Assembly: GCF_006345805.1 (NCBI RefSeq)
Contig: NC_043006.1
Span: 73,098,001-73,162,000 of the forward strand
Reading direction: 5' to 3'
Length of the DNA stretch: 64,000 nucleotides
Source: Octopus sinensis
Lineage: Eukaryota
Shown: positions 14,308 to 28,385 of the stretch, piece after piece
Layout: each line of letters begins with the position of its first letter
Position numbering within the stretch: position 1 is the first letter of the stretch
The notes under the pieces: generated by a model
The model's input: only the letters and a program-made list of their open reading frames with translations
Told to the model about the DNA's origin: nothing
Databases searched by the model: none
Program-made: the position numbers and the translations under genes

Positions 14308-15294
14308 ATTCCTTTCCACTGGAAGCAGAAGGACTCAAATTTGGGAGAAGGGATTAAGTTGATTACATTGACCCCAGTGTTCTACTGGTACTTATTTAAT
14401 TGACCCTGAAAGTATGAAAGGAAAAAGTCAACCATGGCAGAATTTGAACTCAGACTGATAGGACGGATGAAATGCCACCAAGCATTTCACCTGGCATGCT
14501 AATGATTCTACCAGCTCATCGCTATAGTCACAATAATAATAATAATGGTTTCAAATTTTGCCACAAGGGTAGCAATTTTTCTGCAGGGGAGATGGGTTGA
14601 TTACATTGACCCCAGTGTTCAACTGGTACTTATTTTATGGACCTCAAAAGGATGGAAGGTAAAGTTGACCTCAGCGGAATTTGAGCTCAGAAGGTAGCAA
14701 CAGGTGAAATACTTATTTCTTTACTGCCCACAAGGGGCTACACACAGAGGGGACAAACAAGGACAGACAAACGGATTAAGTCGATTATATCAACCCCAGT
14801 GCATAACTGGTACTTATTTAATTGAGCCCGAAAGGATGAAGGGCAAAGTCAACCTCAGCGGAATTTGGACTCAGAACATAACAGTAGACGAAATGCCGCT
14901 AAGCATTTCGCCCAATGTGCTAACGTTTCTGCCAGCTCACCGCCTGCTAAGCATTTCGCCCAATGTGCTAACGTTTCTGCCAGCTCGCCGCCTGCTAAGC
15001 ATTTCGTCCAGCTCACTAATGATTCTGTCAGCTCACTGCCTTGATAATAATAATAATCCTTTCTACTAAAGGCACAAGGCCTGAAATTTTGGGGGAGAGG
15101 ACTAGTTGATTACATTGACCCCAATGTTTCATTGGTACTCAATTTATCGATCCTAAAAGAATGAAAGGCAAAGTCGACCTCAGCAGAATTTGAATTCAGA
15201 ATGAAGCAATGGTCGAAATAAATACTGCTAAGCATTTCGTCCAGCATGCTAACGATTTTGTCAGCTTGCCACCTCAACAGCAACAACAACAATC

Positions 15295-16163
15295 ACAGAT
15301 GGAATGATGGGCAAGGAAGAGTTTAACCAAAGAGCTGAAGAGAAAAGAAGACCTTCTTGAAATGAGAATGCATGGACAGTTTGAAAAGAATACACAGAAC
15401 GTTATGGATAATACAGCATCGTGGGCATGACTTGAGTGAGGTGATTTGAAGCGTATCACTGAAAGCCTGATCATAGCTGCACAAGACAAGGCTCTCACTA
15501 CAAAGTCAGTGAAGTATAACATCTATAAAACTTCTAACACCCAGAAATGCAGACTCTGTGGAAAGAGTGTGGAAAATGTGACCCACTTGGTAAGTGGATG
15601 TGAGAGCCTTGCACAAAAAGAATACAAGCACTGCCATGATAAAGTGTGTGTGTATCTTCATTGACTCTCATGCCGTAAGTACCAATATGAAGTAACAGAG
15701 AACCAGTATGAGCATGTACCAAGTAAAGTTATGTAGGAGGATGGAAAAGTAACGATACTCTGGGACTATGATTTTCAGACAGCTCATGTAATCGAACACC
15801 ATCGGCTGGATATTGTCACATTGAATAAGAGATACAAATACAGTCAGATCATTGATGTAGCCATATCAAATGACATGAATGTTGTGAGTGAAGAGATTGA
15901 AAAAATCTCTAAGTACTCCAAATTGAAAGTGGAAATGGAATGCGAGAGGGTAATGTAAAAGTGATACCAGTGGTAATTAGAGCATTGGACCCAATCCCAT
16001 TGAAACCTCAAAACTTCTTAAGGCAACTGGAAATACCATGCAAGACTGATGTCTTTCAAAAAGCACACATCTTAAGGAAAGCATTATCTATCTAAGGTCC
16101 TTGTTGTGACTTGAAAGATGACTAAAGACTCCAGTGCATTTTTACCTACACTGTGTTATGAAG

Positions 16164-16205
<42 letters not shown>
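15295..16205 (+). mobile_element. Decayed 3' fragment of an R4-clade RLE LINE
   Basis: TESLIIAAQDKALTT..KCRLCGKSVENVTHLVSGCESLAQKEYKHCHDKV is homologous to the knuckle region of the 58-60 kb element; many stops; ends in an (AAT)n tract. Confidence 0.85.
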
Positions 16206-16206
<1 letters not shown>

Positions 16207-16214
16207 TATTATTA

Positions 16215-16800
16215 TTATTGAGTGAAAGAGCAGTACATGCCACCAAAGTGACACTGGGATAAAATATACAAAGCCCAGTATACCCATCATGACTACCCAA
16301 CTGATAATGGTACACCAGGCACATGCATCATAACCATATATGCACAACATGGTGATCTCATATCAAGATAAACAGTGCATGACCTTGCAGGTGGGGGCCC
16401 AGTTAGAATTTTCTTCAGGATGAGTAGCCCATCCTGCTCAAAAGGTCCTTGAAAAAGAGTTGTTTTAGAATGTTGAATGAAACATTCATGTTTCCAGAGG
16501 TGAATTATTCAAACCCTAAAGAATTCCTCTCAACACATGGCTATGATGCTTCCCCACTATTTCTGCTTGTGATCAGAGATGCACATATCATCAGCCACCA
16601 AAGGACATGCTCAACTTGTTATGGTCAAACAACTGACAAGCAATTCTGTGGTATTGAGCAGAATATTTGCTGTAACCCATCTTTTACATCAAGACAAAAA
16701 CATGTACTTGATAACACTTCCAATCAGTTAAGATCAGAAGCCACGAGAGCCAGTGGTACTGCAACAGATCATCCTAGTATGCAACAGTACATTCCTGGTA
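16215..16800 (+). repeat. Interspersed repeat (probable LINE UTR); inverted second copy at ~61390-62125, split by a SINE at 61771-62045
   Basis: CCTTGCAGGTGGGG(G)CCCAGTTAGAATTTTCTTCAGG is shared; the SINE in copy 2 is flanked by TCATGATGGG and TCATGACGGG (TSD). Confidence 0.75.
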
Positions 16801-16828
16801 CTGCAATAGAGAATTTTTGATACTGCAA

Positions 16829-18173
16829 TTATTACCTTTGCCAAGGAAGGAGGTTATGTTTTCATTGGCATTGGTTTGTCCATCTGTTCCTGTGTGCAAA
16901 ATAACTCAAAAAGTTGTATTCGATGAAACTTGCAGGAAAAGTTGGTAATCACAGAAGGAATAGATGATGAAATTTTGGTAGTGATCCAGGAATTTTATGG
17001 ATTTTTGAAGGATTTTTCATTTGTTATATTTACATTACACAAAGTAATATAATGTTACATTCTTTGGTTATCTCCCTAGAAAACACGTTCATGGTTTCCA
17101 CATAACCTATGGTGGCGTTGCTGTTTCCAAAGTTTATTTTCGTTTCTCTATTAGTAATTTTACTTGCGTATCTATCTTGCTAGAAACTGATGGATAAAGA
17201 GATCAACAACATAAACAAATGGCAGCAAAACAATCCACACTAGTCCATCTGTTGTTCGTGAAATGGACAGGCTTCGACAGCAAATGTCGTCTGAAACTTT
17301 GCCTTCTGCTGTTCCCACAGTTACTCATAAAGGACTGCAGATCAAACTGCTCAATATCAGGTCCACTTTGAACATGAACAAGACTTGAAAGTGGACAACA
17401 CTCTTCAAAATGTTGATGTGCTTTGTTTTGTGGAAACATTCTTGAAGCAGAATCAACAAATAGCATCCATCCTATCGCAGTCGAAGATCACTAGAGCAGA
17501 CAGGCCTGCTGCACTGGGACGTGGAGGTAGGGTGACGACTGTTGCCAAGCAGGGGATTGCCCCCCACGGATATACATTTGAATGTCAGTGGCTTAGAGTA
17601 CACAGCTGTCGGGGTGACCATCTTGTCAACAAAAATCAATATCATCACCATTTACAGATCTCCTTCTGTCCCAGTTGCTTCTTTCTTCACCAGCCTGCAT
17701 CATCTTATAAGATCTTTGCCATGGAATCATCTGACCTTGGTGATTTCAATGTGGATCTCCTTGATTCCCCTAACTATGATATCTTGACAACTATGAACCA
17801 GTTTGGGTTTGACCAGCTAGTCCTAAAACCCACCACCAACTATGGAAGCCTGCTAGATCATGTTTATGTGAACCAGGATCGGCATCTACTGACCGTTACT
17901 TTTCTGACCATGATGTTGTGTGTGTATCAATCAAGTTTTAGGTAATTGTTTCTTTTTAGTTGTATGGTGAAACTAGCTGCTTCAGATGATTCCTATTTTT
18001 AGAGGGTTTTTTTAAAATCATATGGCCTGTGTTATTTTTTTTAACCCCCCGCCAAGGAGGTTATGTTTTTGTCAGCATTGGTTTGGGAAATTGTGCGATT
18101 TTCAGCATGCATGTAAATGGATGGAAATGAGCTGCTTGGCAGAGGTCTGTGCTCTCAGAGTGCTTTTCTAGTT
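16829..18173 (+). mobile_element. Internally deleted Helentron (Helitron2-type) retaining a frameshifted APE-like endonuclease
   Basis: 5' end TTATTACCTTTGCCAAGG; 3' end CTTGGCAGAGGTCTGTGCTCTCAGAGTGCTTTTCTAGTT. Coding remnant at ~17240-17940 reads VVREMDRLR, LLNIRS, DVLCFVETFL, ITIYRSP, LGDFNVDL, PTTNYGSLLDHVYVN and YFSDHD. Confidence 0.8.
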
Positions 18174-18224
18174 ATTATTATTATTATTATTATTACTACT
18201 ACTACTACTACTACAACAAGACTC

Positions 18225-18740
18225 CTTCTTCTTCAATAACAGTAGTTCGACAAAACTTGCCAAACATTTCGTTTCAAACAGATGCAATTTTGAAAAAGAC
18301 TTGAAAGTGCATATTCTCAGAAAATATTCTGAATCTGCTTCACTTTCACTTCTCAGAATGTATTAGGAGAAATATGCTTGCGGGTTATTAACATCATGCC
18401 CTAGAGGAATGAATACAATGACAGGAGAATATCATCAAATTTATATAAAATTGTTTGATTAAATATTATTCTTTTTCTGTTTTTTTTCTTTTCACCTATT
18501 ATAAAATTGAAACTTAACGACTGATGATGTCATTCCATCATGTGGACTCTGGTTGCTCTCGTTCATAATTTAAATTTCTATAATTTCAAATTCTTATCAC
18601 TTCTTATTTTGAACTTGACAAAGACAGGCTTACTGTCGAAATATCATTCAACCAATAACATATCTATTACAATCGAATCACACTCTTCGTCTTGACTGTC
18701 TAATTTGTGAAGCATTGCATCAATCCTTTTAAAATATTCT
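18225..18740 (+). mobile_element. Penelope-like element 3' remnant: GIY-YIG C-terminus plus T-rich pLTR with a decayed hammerhead
   Basis: 18256-18414 reads LAKHFVSNRCNFEKDLKVHIL..Y*EKYACGLLTSCPRGMN, resembling the PLE endonuclease tail (A.HF..L.V.IL..E..P.G(L/M)N); hammerhead motif at 18609-18651. Confidence 0.65.
18609..18651 (+). ncRNA. Decayed minimal type I hammerhead ribozyme motif
   Basis: TTGAAC-TTGACAAA-GACAG gctta CTGTC-GAAA-TA-TC-ATTCAA. Stem II is a perfect 5 bp and stem I is TTGAAC/ATTCAA; restoring two CA to CG repairs both the core (TGACGA) and stem I. Confidence 0.5.
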
Positions 18741-20765
18741 TCTTATTATTATTATTTCAAATTTTGGCACAAGGCAAGCAATTCTGAAAGGAGGAGTAAG
18801 TCAATTACATCAACCCCAGTGCTTGACTGGTACTTTATTTTAATGGTCTAGAAAGAAAAGAAAAAAATGTCAGAAGTTGAACTTAGAAAATAAACAGCCA
18901 GAAGGACTACCATTAAGCATGTTGTTTAACATGATTTTCTCAGCCTGGCATTTTAATAACAATAATAATAATGGTAATACATGGTAACATTTGTGAATAT
19001 ATGTTACTACTTCTCTCAGTTATGCTCAGTATCAATAGAATAGGAACCAGTCATGCGTTAAATTTAACCCTGTGACTACCTATTGTTAATAAGTCTTGCT
19101 TTTATGTGAAGAAAATAGAAAAAATTGACAGCATAGATGAGATTTAGTGATTTATGTTTCGCAGGTAAATAACACAATATTACTGGGTATGTCTGAAAAA
19201 CGCTGTCATCGGAATGATATATGATGATGGTATATATATGTATGCATATGTTTGTGTGTGCGTGTGATGTGTCTAGCGTAAACACAAAGCATGACAAAGC
19301 TAAAAATGAAATGTAAATAACAACTCAGGTTTCAAAATCTTATCATTTTCTTTTATGCTAGGGCACTATCTTGAAGAATTTTAGTTGAACGAATTGACCT
19401 CAGTATTTATCTTTTGAAGCCTAGTAATTATCCAGTCAGTCTCTTTGGCAGAACAACAACTTGTATTGGAATGTAAACATACCAATACAAGTTGTCAAGT
19501 GGTGGTGAGGGATAAACACGGACAACAAAGATATATAATATACAATGAGCACCATCTGAACGTGGCCGATGCCAGCGCTGCCTAGACTGGCTTCCGTGCT
19601 GGTGGCACGTAAACAGCACTATCCGAATCGTGGCCGATGCCAGCGCCACCTTGACTGGCTTCCGTGCCGGTGGCATGTAAAAAGCACCATCTGAATTGTG
19701 GCCGATGCAGGTGGCACGTAAAAAGCACCCACTACACTCATGGAGTGGTTGGCGTTAGGAAGGGTATCCAGCTGTAGAAACACTGCCAGATCAGACTGGA
19801 GCCTGGTGCAGCCTTCTGGCTTCCCAGATCCCCGGTCGAACTGTCCAACCCATGCTAGCATGGAGAACAACGTTAAACGATGATGATGATGATGAATGAG
19901 CACATACATATCTATATGACTGACACTCCATCAGATATAACAATGAGGATTCCAGCTGATCTGATCAACGGAACAACCTGCTCTTGAAGTTAATGTGCGA
20001 GTGGCTGACCACTCCACAGACATGCATAACCTTACTGTAGTTCTCAAGGAGATTCAAAGTGACACAGGATGTGACAAGGCTAGCTCTTTTGAATTACAGG
20101 TACAATTCATTTTTGCTTGTTGAGTGGACTGGTGCAACATGAAATAAAGTGTCTTGCTCACAGACACAACGCACCATCAGAGTTTAAACTCACTACCTAA
20201 TGATTGTAAGTTGAATATCCTAACCATTGAGCCACGCTAATATACAAAGGGGTTCTTTCAGTTTCAGTCCATCAAATCCACTCACAAGGCTTTGGTCAGC
20301 CTGAAACTATAGTAGAAGGCACTTACTTACCACACAGTCAGACATATATCTTTGGTTTTTAAGACAGACAGCTAGAAAGAGGGTAGATATTATACTCTAT
20401 GTACCCTACTTAAGTAATATGGCTTTGATTTTTAAAACTGCATGGTCTGATTTAAACAAGAGTTGCTCACCACACACAGGTACAGGCATGGGTATGTGTT
20501 TAGGAAGTTCACTTTGCATCCTCATGACTTCAAATTCCATCTTCTTGTAATGACACCTTGAGTGTCTACCACTATTATATATACATATATTTACATACAC
20601 ACGCACACGAAGTTGCCTTCATTAGCTTACATCTGTTTCTGCTTTAAAAAACAGTGCACTGAGAACTAAGGACTTGTGCAATATCCTAAAGCTTCCTCAA
20701 AGCCTTATTGAGTTCTAACAACTGGTATTAGCACTGCAATGCTTAAGCAAAATAATATATATATC

Positions 20766-21127
20766 ATTTAATAAACACAATATGTATTTTTATAAGCTAC
20801 TAATAATTTCATGTGATGAAAATATCAGACACCGTTCTTTAACATGTCTAGTGCCTTCACACAATACTCAGGCTATAACCAACATGACATAACAAACTAA
20901 AAGAGGATGATAGGATGAGAGAAAAAAAAAACAAGATGAGAAGAGAGTAGCTTGCCTTTTCTCGTTTTTTTTCTCTCATCATATCATCCAGTTTTAGCTT
21001 GTTATACCATGTAGGCATAGCCTGAGGGTTGCAGGAAGGCATCAGACATGTTAAAAAATGTTGTCCAATATTTTCATCACATGAAACTATTAGTAACTTC
21101 TAAAAATATATATCGTGTTTATTAAAT
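20766..21127. repeat. Old spacerless foldback (~180-bp arms)
   Basis: AAGCTACTAATAATTTCATGTGATGAAAATAT..CTCAGGCTAT matches the reverse complement of ~20955-21127 with scattered mismatches. Confidence 0.75.
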
Positions 21128-21190
21128 AATATTTATCTTTCACCAGATGGAGTACTTTTTTTTTGTTGATCTTACTACCACGGAACAGTA

Positions 21191-21233
<43 letters not shown>

Positions 21234-21930
21234 ATAGTGTGTATGCATAGATATATACTTTTCTATTCTAGGCACAAGGCCCAAAATTTTGGGAAAGGGG
21301 ACCAGTTAATTAGATCGATCCCAGTACACAGCTGGTACTTAATTTATCGACCCCGAAAGGATGAAAGGTGAAGTCAACCTTGGTGGAATTTGAACTCAGA
21401 ACATAAAGACAGACAAAATACTAAGCGTTTTGCCTGGCATGCTAACGTTTCTGCCAGCTTGCTGCCTTATATGCATAGATATATAGTCAATAGTGTGTGT
21501 GTGTGTGGTTATAGATACATACACACACACACAATACAGGTTTCAACATAGTCTTGGTCAACCAAGTTTCACTCTTAAGGTACTGGTCAACCTAAGGTTA
21601 TGATAGAAGGTACTTGCACATGGTGTTGCAAACTTCTTAATGACAGACCGATTCCTTATACCCATTAGGTTACCAGCTGCCTGATAGATTATTAACACCC
21701 CCCACCACCACAAACAAAAACGTTTATTTTCATGGATGGTTAAGAATAAGAAAATATAATTCAAATAAAGAAGACACTTCCAGGGAGACATGTCAACCAT
21801 CATTAATTTATCAAAACTGATTTCAATTAAACTTATCAAAAGATATTATCTTTTGAAAAATGCTTTTATGATATGAAAAACCTTCAAACACAAAACAAGC
21901 AGATGGTATTATTGTGTATGCATGCAGACA

Positions 21931-21965
<35 letters not shown>

Positions 21966-23207
21966 AGAACAGAAATATAAAAAAATAAAGGAAGGAAAAA
22001 GATACTATTACATCAACCAAGAAATAAAAATTATTAAAAAAAAAGCAAGCCCTCTTTAGAATATTGACCATTGTTGTGATATCTTAAAGTAGCAGGTGGC
22101 AGCATCTGCTGTGTTGGAAATATATTGTATAATGCAAAACTTTACTCAATAGTTACTGCATTGTTAGCTTTAAAATCACAAGATGAAAAGATTTGTTGTA
22201 CTTATTTATAAAAATGGCATAATGTTAGTATTCTGAAGCTACCGAGATAAAAATAAATAACAAAAATTAAATTAAAATTATATAGATGCGCGATTATTTT
22301 AACCATTTAGCATTCAAACCAACTCAATTTTTGCGTATTTAGACCAGCAATTTACAAACTTAATCTTGTTAACATTATTTGTAGTAATGCCTTGGCATTT
22401 CTGCTTGGAGTCATCAAGTTCTTGTATTGTTGGTTGTGCTATTTTGATGATTCAGGAATTGGAAATATGTGGTGCCTACTCTTAAAGTATCCACTGCAAG
22501 ATCTAATCCTTGTTATGGTTTGATGGGTTTAGTGCCTTAATGGGCCTTGAAAGCTCTCCCCTAATTGGACAAATCAAAGGATAGAAGCCATACTAGTATG
22601 GACCATTTCTTCCCAGAGGTAAAAATGGGTTTGCATAGGGGTTCAAAATTCCTACCTAGACAACAGCAAAGTTACGGAAGCATCGATGGCAATTCAAAGC
22701 CCAATAAGACCTAGGAGAAGAGACAGCCTAGAGTTGAGAACAGTGGTAAAAAGTCATTGATGGCCTATGTCCCATAGGGAGTGAAGGGTTTAAGTTAAGT
22801 ATTAAGATGGTAACAAGGAATCGTTGGCTGTGTAGTAAAAAGCTCGCTTCCCAACCACACGGTTCTGGTTTCAGTCCCACTGCATGGCATCTTGGGCAAC
22901 TGTCTTCTATTACAGCCTTGGGTTGGATAAAGCCTTGTTAATGGATTTGGTAGACAGACACTAAAATAAGCTCATCATATATATGTCTTTGTGTCTGTGA
23001 TTGTCCACCCTCCACCACTTGACAACTGGTGTTGGTGTGTTCACATCCCTGTAAATTAGCAGTATGGCAGAAGACATTGATACAATAAGTACCAGGCTTG
23101 CAGAAATAGGTGCTGGGGTTGATTCATTCGACTAAAAATTCTTCAAAGCAATGCCCCAGCATGGCTGCAGTCTAATGATTGAAACAAGTAAAAGATAAGA
23201 CATATTA

Positions 23208-23773
23208 TTGGGTTGTCCGCAAAGTTTGTGCCAATTTTTAAAGGAAAGAAAAAGGTCAATAAATACTTGCCATTACATTTTTAATCAACCAAATATGAAC
23301 CATTTTGTTGCACAATGCATCTCCATCTTTCCTTTAACTTGAAAATATCCTCTTCCCAGAATTGAGGTGGTTTCATGGCAACGAATTCATCAAGGTATCA
23401 TTTTACGTCATCCAAGGAATTGAAATTTTTACCATTAAGACTATTCTGCAGAGACCTGAATAAGTGGAAACCCAAAGGAGCAATATCTGGTGAATATGGA
23501 AAGTGGGGTAACACATCCCAGCCGAGCTGCAGCAATTGTTGTCTGGTTCCCAAAGCATCAAGTGCCGAAAATGAACTTACTTATCTTCCATTTTAAAGGG
23601 TTACAAAATTAACACAGGTTATAGGAACATAAACCTTCTTCCACGCAAAGATAGCTTAAACTGTGCTCTAAATGGAGGTGTAGTCAAATCCTATTTTATG
23701 GACTCAGCCATGTTCTAAAATATGTCGAAAGGTAAGCTACTATAAATCGGCACAAACTTTCCGAACAACCCAA
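23208..23773 (-). mobile_element. Internally deleted mariner (Tc1/mariner) element
   Basis: ~30-bp TIRs TTGGGTTGTCCGCAAAGTTTGTGCCAATTT and AAATCGGCACAAACTTTCCGAACAACCCAA; TA on the left flank; the minus strand encodes a decayed [32 protein letters not shown] mariner C-terminus. Confidence 0.9.
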
Positions 23774-23819
23774 TGTATATAGATGTGTGCGTGAGTGTGT
23801 GTGTGAGTATGTATGTATG

Positions 23820-23861
<42 letters not shown>

Positions 23862-25356
23862 CATCTGGTCAGTCTAGTATTGTTATAGTTTTGTCAAGCC
23901 ATCACTGCTCTCGACTGGTACTTTTTCTTTATTGATCCTGAAAGGATGAAAAGTAAATTTGACAGATTTGAACCTGGAACACAAAAAGTTAGAACAAATA
24001 CTATGAAGCATCCTTATCCGATGCTCTAACGATCCAGCTAATCTGTGATGACAAACTGGAGGTTTTGAATCAATTTCAAGCTGTGATGAACAGCATAAGG
24101 TAATCTTGAGTAATCATCTTACAAAATAAATGGCAGATGTTTTGATTGACTAAGTGACTGTACTCAGTTTATAAATAGTGTTGGAAATATGAAATAGATG
24201 GAAATATTACTGAAGTGTGTCTTAGATGGAAATCCCAAATATACATATATATATATATACAATTTTTGAATGATGTGTTATTGTTGAAGTCAGCTCTGAT
24301 CAAGCAAACTTATGATCAAAAGACAATCAAGCTGTGACCATCTGGTCCGTTTTTTTTTTTTTTTTGACTTATTTGTGTGTGAGGCACAGGTGTGGCTAGG
24401 TGCACGCATGGCTGTGTGGTTGAAAAGTTGGCTAACAAACCACCCGGTTTTCGGGTTCAGTCCCACACTGCCAGGCACCTTGGACAAGTGTTTTCAACTA
24501 TATAGCCCCAGGCTGATCAAAACTTCAAGTGGACAGGGAAGATGGAAACTGAAAGAAGCCACCATGTGTGTGTGTGTGTAAATCAGCATGATCATCATAC
24601 AAGTGATGCTGTTTATTTCCAGTCTTCTGTGAAAACATGTTGAGATATGGGGAGATATATCACCTTGCTTGGAAACATGTGAGGGTTGGCAATAGGAAGG
24701 ACATCAGGCCATAGAAAATAAATATATCTCAACAAAATTCGTCTGACCCATGCAAGCACAGAAAAATGGACTTTAAATGATGATGATGATGATGTGTGTG
24801 TATTTTTCTGACAGTTGTAACCAGAACTATGTTTCCCAATGTGTCCTTTTTTTTTTTTGATGACAGAATGCAATTTGAAGGAAATAGTGGTGGTTATTTT
24901 GAGCAGGTTGAATATCCATGTAGTGACAATCTTGGTATTTATCTATTTGCATGTCTACATATATATATATTACCCTTGAATCGCCAGATGACACACTGTG
25001 CTTGGGAAGACCTGTTGAGTCAAGTGAAATCGTAGTCGTAGCTGATGCCAATGCCACCTGACTGACTCTCTGTGCCAGTGGAATATAAAGACGCCATCCA
25101 AATGTGATTGATGCCGGTGGCACGTAAAAAAGCACCATCCGAATGTGGTTGATGCTAGTGCCGCCTGACGGGCTCCCATGCCAGTGGCATGTAAAAAGCA
25201 CCCCCTACGCTCTTGGAGTGGCGGGCATTGGGAAGGGCACCCAGCTGTAGAAACCTTGCCAGATCAGATTGGAGCCTGGTTTGACTGAGGACTGGCTAGC
25301 CAGTCCTCAGTCAAACCAGCATGGAAAACGAGATGTTAAACAATGATGATGATGAC

Positions 25357-25398
<42 letters not shown>

Positions 25399-26469
25399 GC
25401 CGCATAAAACACACCTGTGTCAGTGCTATGTAAAAAGTACTCTGCAGACACTGTAAAGTGGTTGGTATTAGGAAGGGCACCCAGCAGCAGAAACCATGCC
25501 AAAACAGACAATTGGGACCTGGGCAGCTATCCAGCTTGCCACCTCCTGTCTAACCATCCAACTCATGCCAGCATCGAAAACAGATGTTGGATGATGATAA
25601 TGATATAGACATGGATTGGCTGAATTGCTAGAGGCATCAAACAGTATTTCATTACGACCCTTTACATTCCCAGTCCAAATCCCACCGAAATCGATTCCAG
25701 GGGTTGATAAAATAAGGTGCCAGTCAAGAATTGAGGTTGATATGATTGAATGTTTCCCCGCTCGACCCCTAGAGGGCTTCTCACTTGTTGATAGATATCT
25801 CTGATCACTGGAAGTTTAGGCAAATGTGAATGTACAATGTAAAGAGCCAAACAAAGGCCAAAAGGCATTTTCCCCAACAACCGATCATCATCATTATCAT
25901 ATTGAAGTGCACTTTTCCAAGTTTGCATGGGTCAGATGGGATTTGTTGAGGCAGATTTTCTATGGTTGGATATCCTTCCAGTCACCAACTCTTACTTGTT
26001 TCCATGTAAGGTATAAGGTAATATTTCTCCATGTTTACATGGAAGATTGGTATCGAAAGACGCTGCTGTAAGATGGTGATACCCATATATAACTATATCA
26101 CACATGTCAAAGCAAGGAGACACTAACACCCACGTACATATAAACATACATACACATGGGCTTCTTTCAGTTTCCATCTACCAAATCTATTCACAAGGCT
26201 TCAGTTGGCCTAGGACTGTAGTGGAAAGTATGCCATACAGTGGAATTGAACCCCAAACCATGTGGTTGGGAAGCAAACTTTTTGCTATATAGCCACACTG
26301 ACACTTAAAGATTCTACTCATTCATCAGCTTAACAATAATAATAATAATAATAATAATGATAATAATGTCTGCCTGAGGTCCTTGTTGTGATTTGACAAA
26401 TAGTACAAACTGCCGGTAGACACAATATCTTCAATCAACAACCTCACGATATTGTATACTGTATGATAT

Positions 26470-27075
26470 CTAATAATAATAATCAGAGACCACCAAAAAA
26501 GAAAAAAATGCCTTCTAATCGATGTATCAATACCAACAGATGACAATGTATCTCTAAAAGAAATGGAGAAAATCCCAAAATACAAACATCTGGAAATAGA
26601 AGCAACTCGAATGTGGAGCCTAAAAACAATCCCTTTAATAATAGATGCATTAGGTGTTAAAAAACATTCAGATAAATACATAACCAAAACATCAGTACTT
26701 ATGAATGCACATAACGTACAGGAAATAGTACTACTAGGCACTGAACACATCCTACGTAAAGCACTTTCAATACAATGAAAATAAAAGAAACCTGACAAAG
26801 CACAGCACATACCCAAGGCACACAGAGCTGTGCTCGGCAGTACAATGAAAGCATGTAATGAAAATAAGACTACTGAATAATAATAATAATAATAATGATG
26901 GTAATGATAATAATGATGATAATAATAATAATGACAATAATAATAATAATGACAATGATGATAATAATAATAATGATAATAATAATAAAGATAATAATAA
27001 TGATAATAATAATAATAATGATAATAATAATGATGATAATAATAATAATAATGATGATAATAATAATAATATAAT
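26470..27075 (+). mobile_element. 3' fragment of an R4-clade RLE LINE followed by a degenerate (AAT/GAT/GAC)n tail
   Basis: CLLIDVSIPTDDNVSLKEMEKIPKYKHLEIEATRMW..QEIVLLGTEHILRKALSIQ* matches the C-terminus of the 58-60 kb element. Confidence 0.85.
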
Positions 27076-27498
27076 AATCTTTTCTACTATAGACACAAGG
27101 CCAGAAATTTTGGGAGGAGAAGACAAGTTGAAAACATCAACCTCTCTGTGTTTGACAGGTAATTAATTTATCGACCCCGAAAGGATGAAAGGTAAAGTTG
27201 AGCTCAGTGGAAATTTGAACTCAGAAAGTAAAGATCGATGAAATGTTGTTGTTAAGTATTGTGCCTGGCATGTTACCATTTCTTACAGCTCACTGCTTTC
27301 AATAATACTCTTTACTCTTTTACTTGTTTCAGTGGCCATGCTGGAGCACCGCCTTTAGTCGAGCAAATCGACCCCAGGTCTTATTCTTTGTAAGCCTAGT
27401 ACTTATTCTATCGGTCTCTTTTGCCGAACCGCTAAGTTACTGGGACGTAAATACACCAGCATCGGTTGTCAAGTGATGTTGGAGGGACAAACACAGAC

Positions 27499-27531
<33 letters not shown>

Positions 27532-27849
27532 CATATATACGACGGACTTCTTTCAGTTTCCGTCTACCAAATCCACTCACAAGGCTTTGGTTGGCCCGAG
27601 GCTACAGTAGAAGACACTTGCCCAAGGTGCCACGCTGTGAGACTGAACCCAGAACCATGTGGTTGGTAAGCAAGCTACTTACCACACAGCCACTCCTACG
27701 CCTGATAATGATAATAATAATAATAGCATGCTGAACACCATAACAAAAGTAAATTTGAACAAATGTATTTTTGTTCACAGCCAAATATTTAAAATGTCAA
27801 TGTACTATGTATGTTTGTAAATAGACCACTAAATGTGAATGCATACATA

Positions 27850-28015
27850 TATACACACATACACACAAACATACTATAATATATATATATTATATACATT
27901 ATAATATATATACACACACACACTATAATATATATATATTATATACATTATAATATATATACACACACACACTATAATATATATATATTATATACATTAT
28001 ATATATATATATATA

Positions 28016-28056
<41 letters not shown>

Positions 28057-28078
28057 TATATATATATATATTATATAC

Positions 28079-28138
<60 letters not shown>

Positions 28139-28185
28139 ATATATACACACACACACTATAATATATATATATTATATACATTATA

Positions 28186-28238
<53 letters not shown>

Positions 28239-28313
28239 TATATATATATATATTATAATATATATATATATATGTATGTATTTATATATATATACACACA
28301 CACACATACTATA

Positions 28314-28348
<35 letters not shown>

Positions 28349-28385
28349 ACATACATATACATACAGACATCACACACACACATGC
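27850..28385. repeat. Compound (TA)/(CA) minisatellite with recurring TATATACATTATAATATAT units
   Basis: Directly visible. Confidence 0.95.

Noticed and set aside
14898-15040. 48-bp tandem repeat; also a 21-bp duplication at 63544-63585
   Set aside because: Ordinary local slippage inside repeat copies.
21008-21099. Apparent open minus-strand exon (KLLIVSCDENIGQHF..)
   Set aside because: It is one arm of the 20766-21127 foldback repeat.
26767-27166. Poly-Asn/Asp and poly-Leu ORFs
   Set aside because: Degenerate (AAT)n tail of a LINE fragment.
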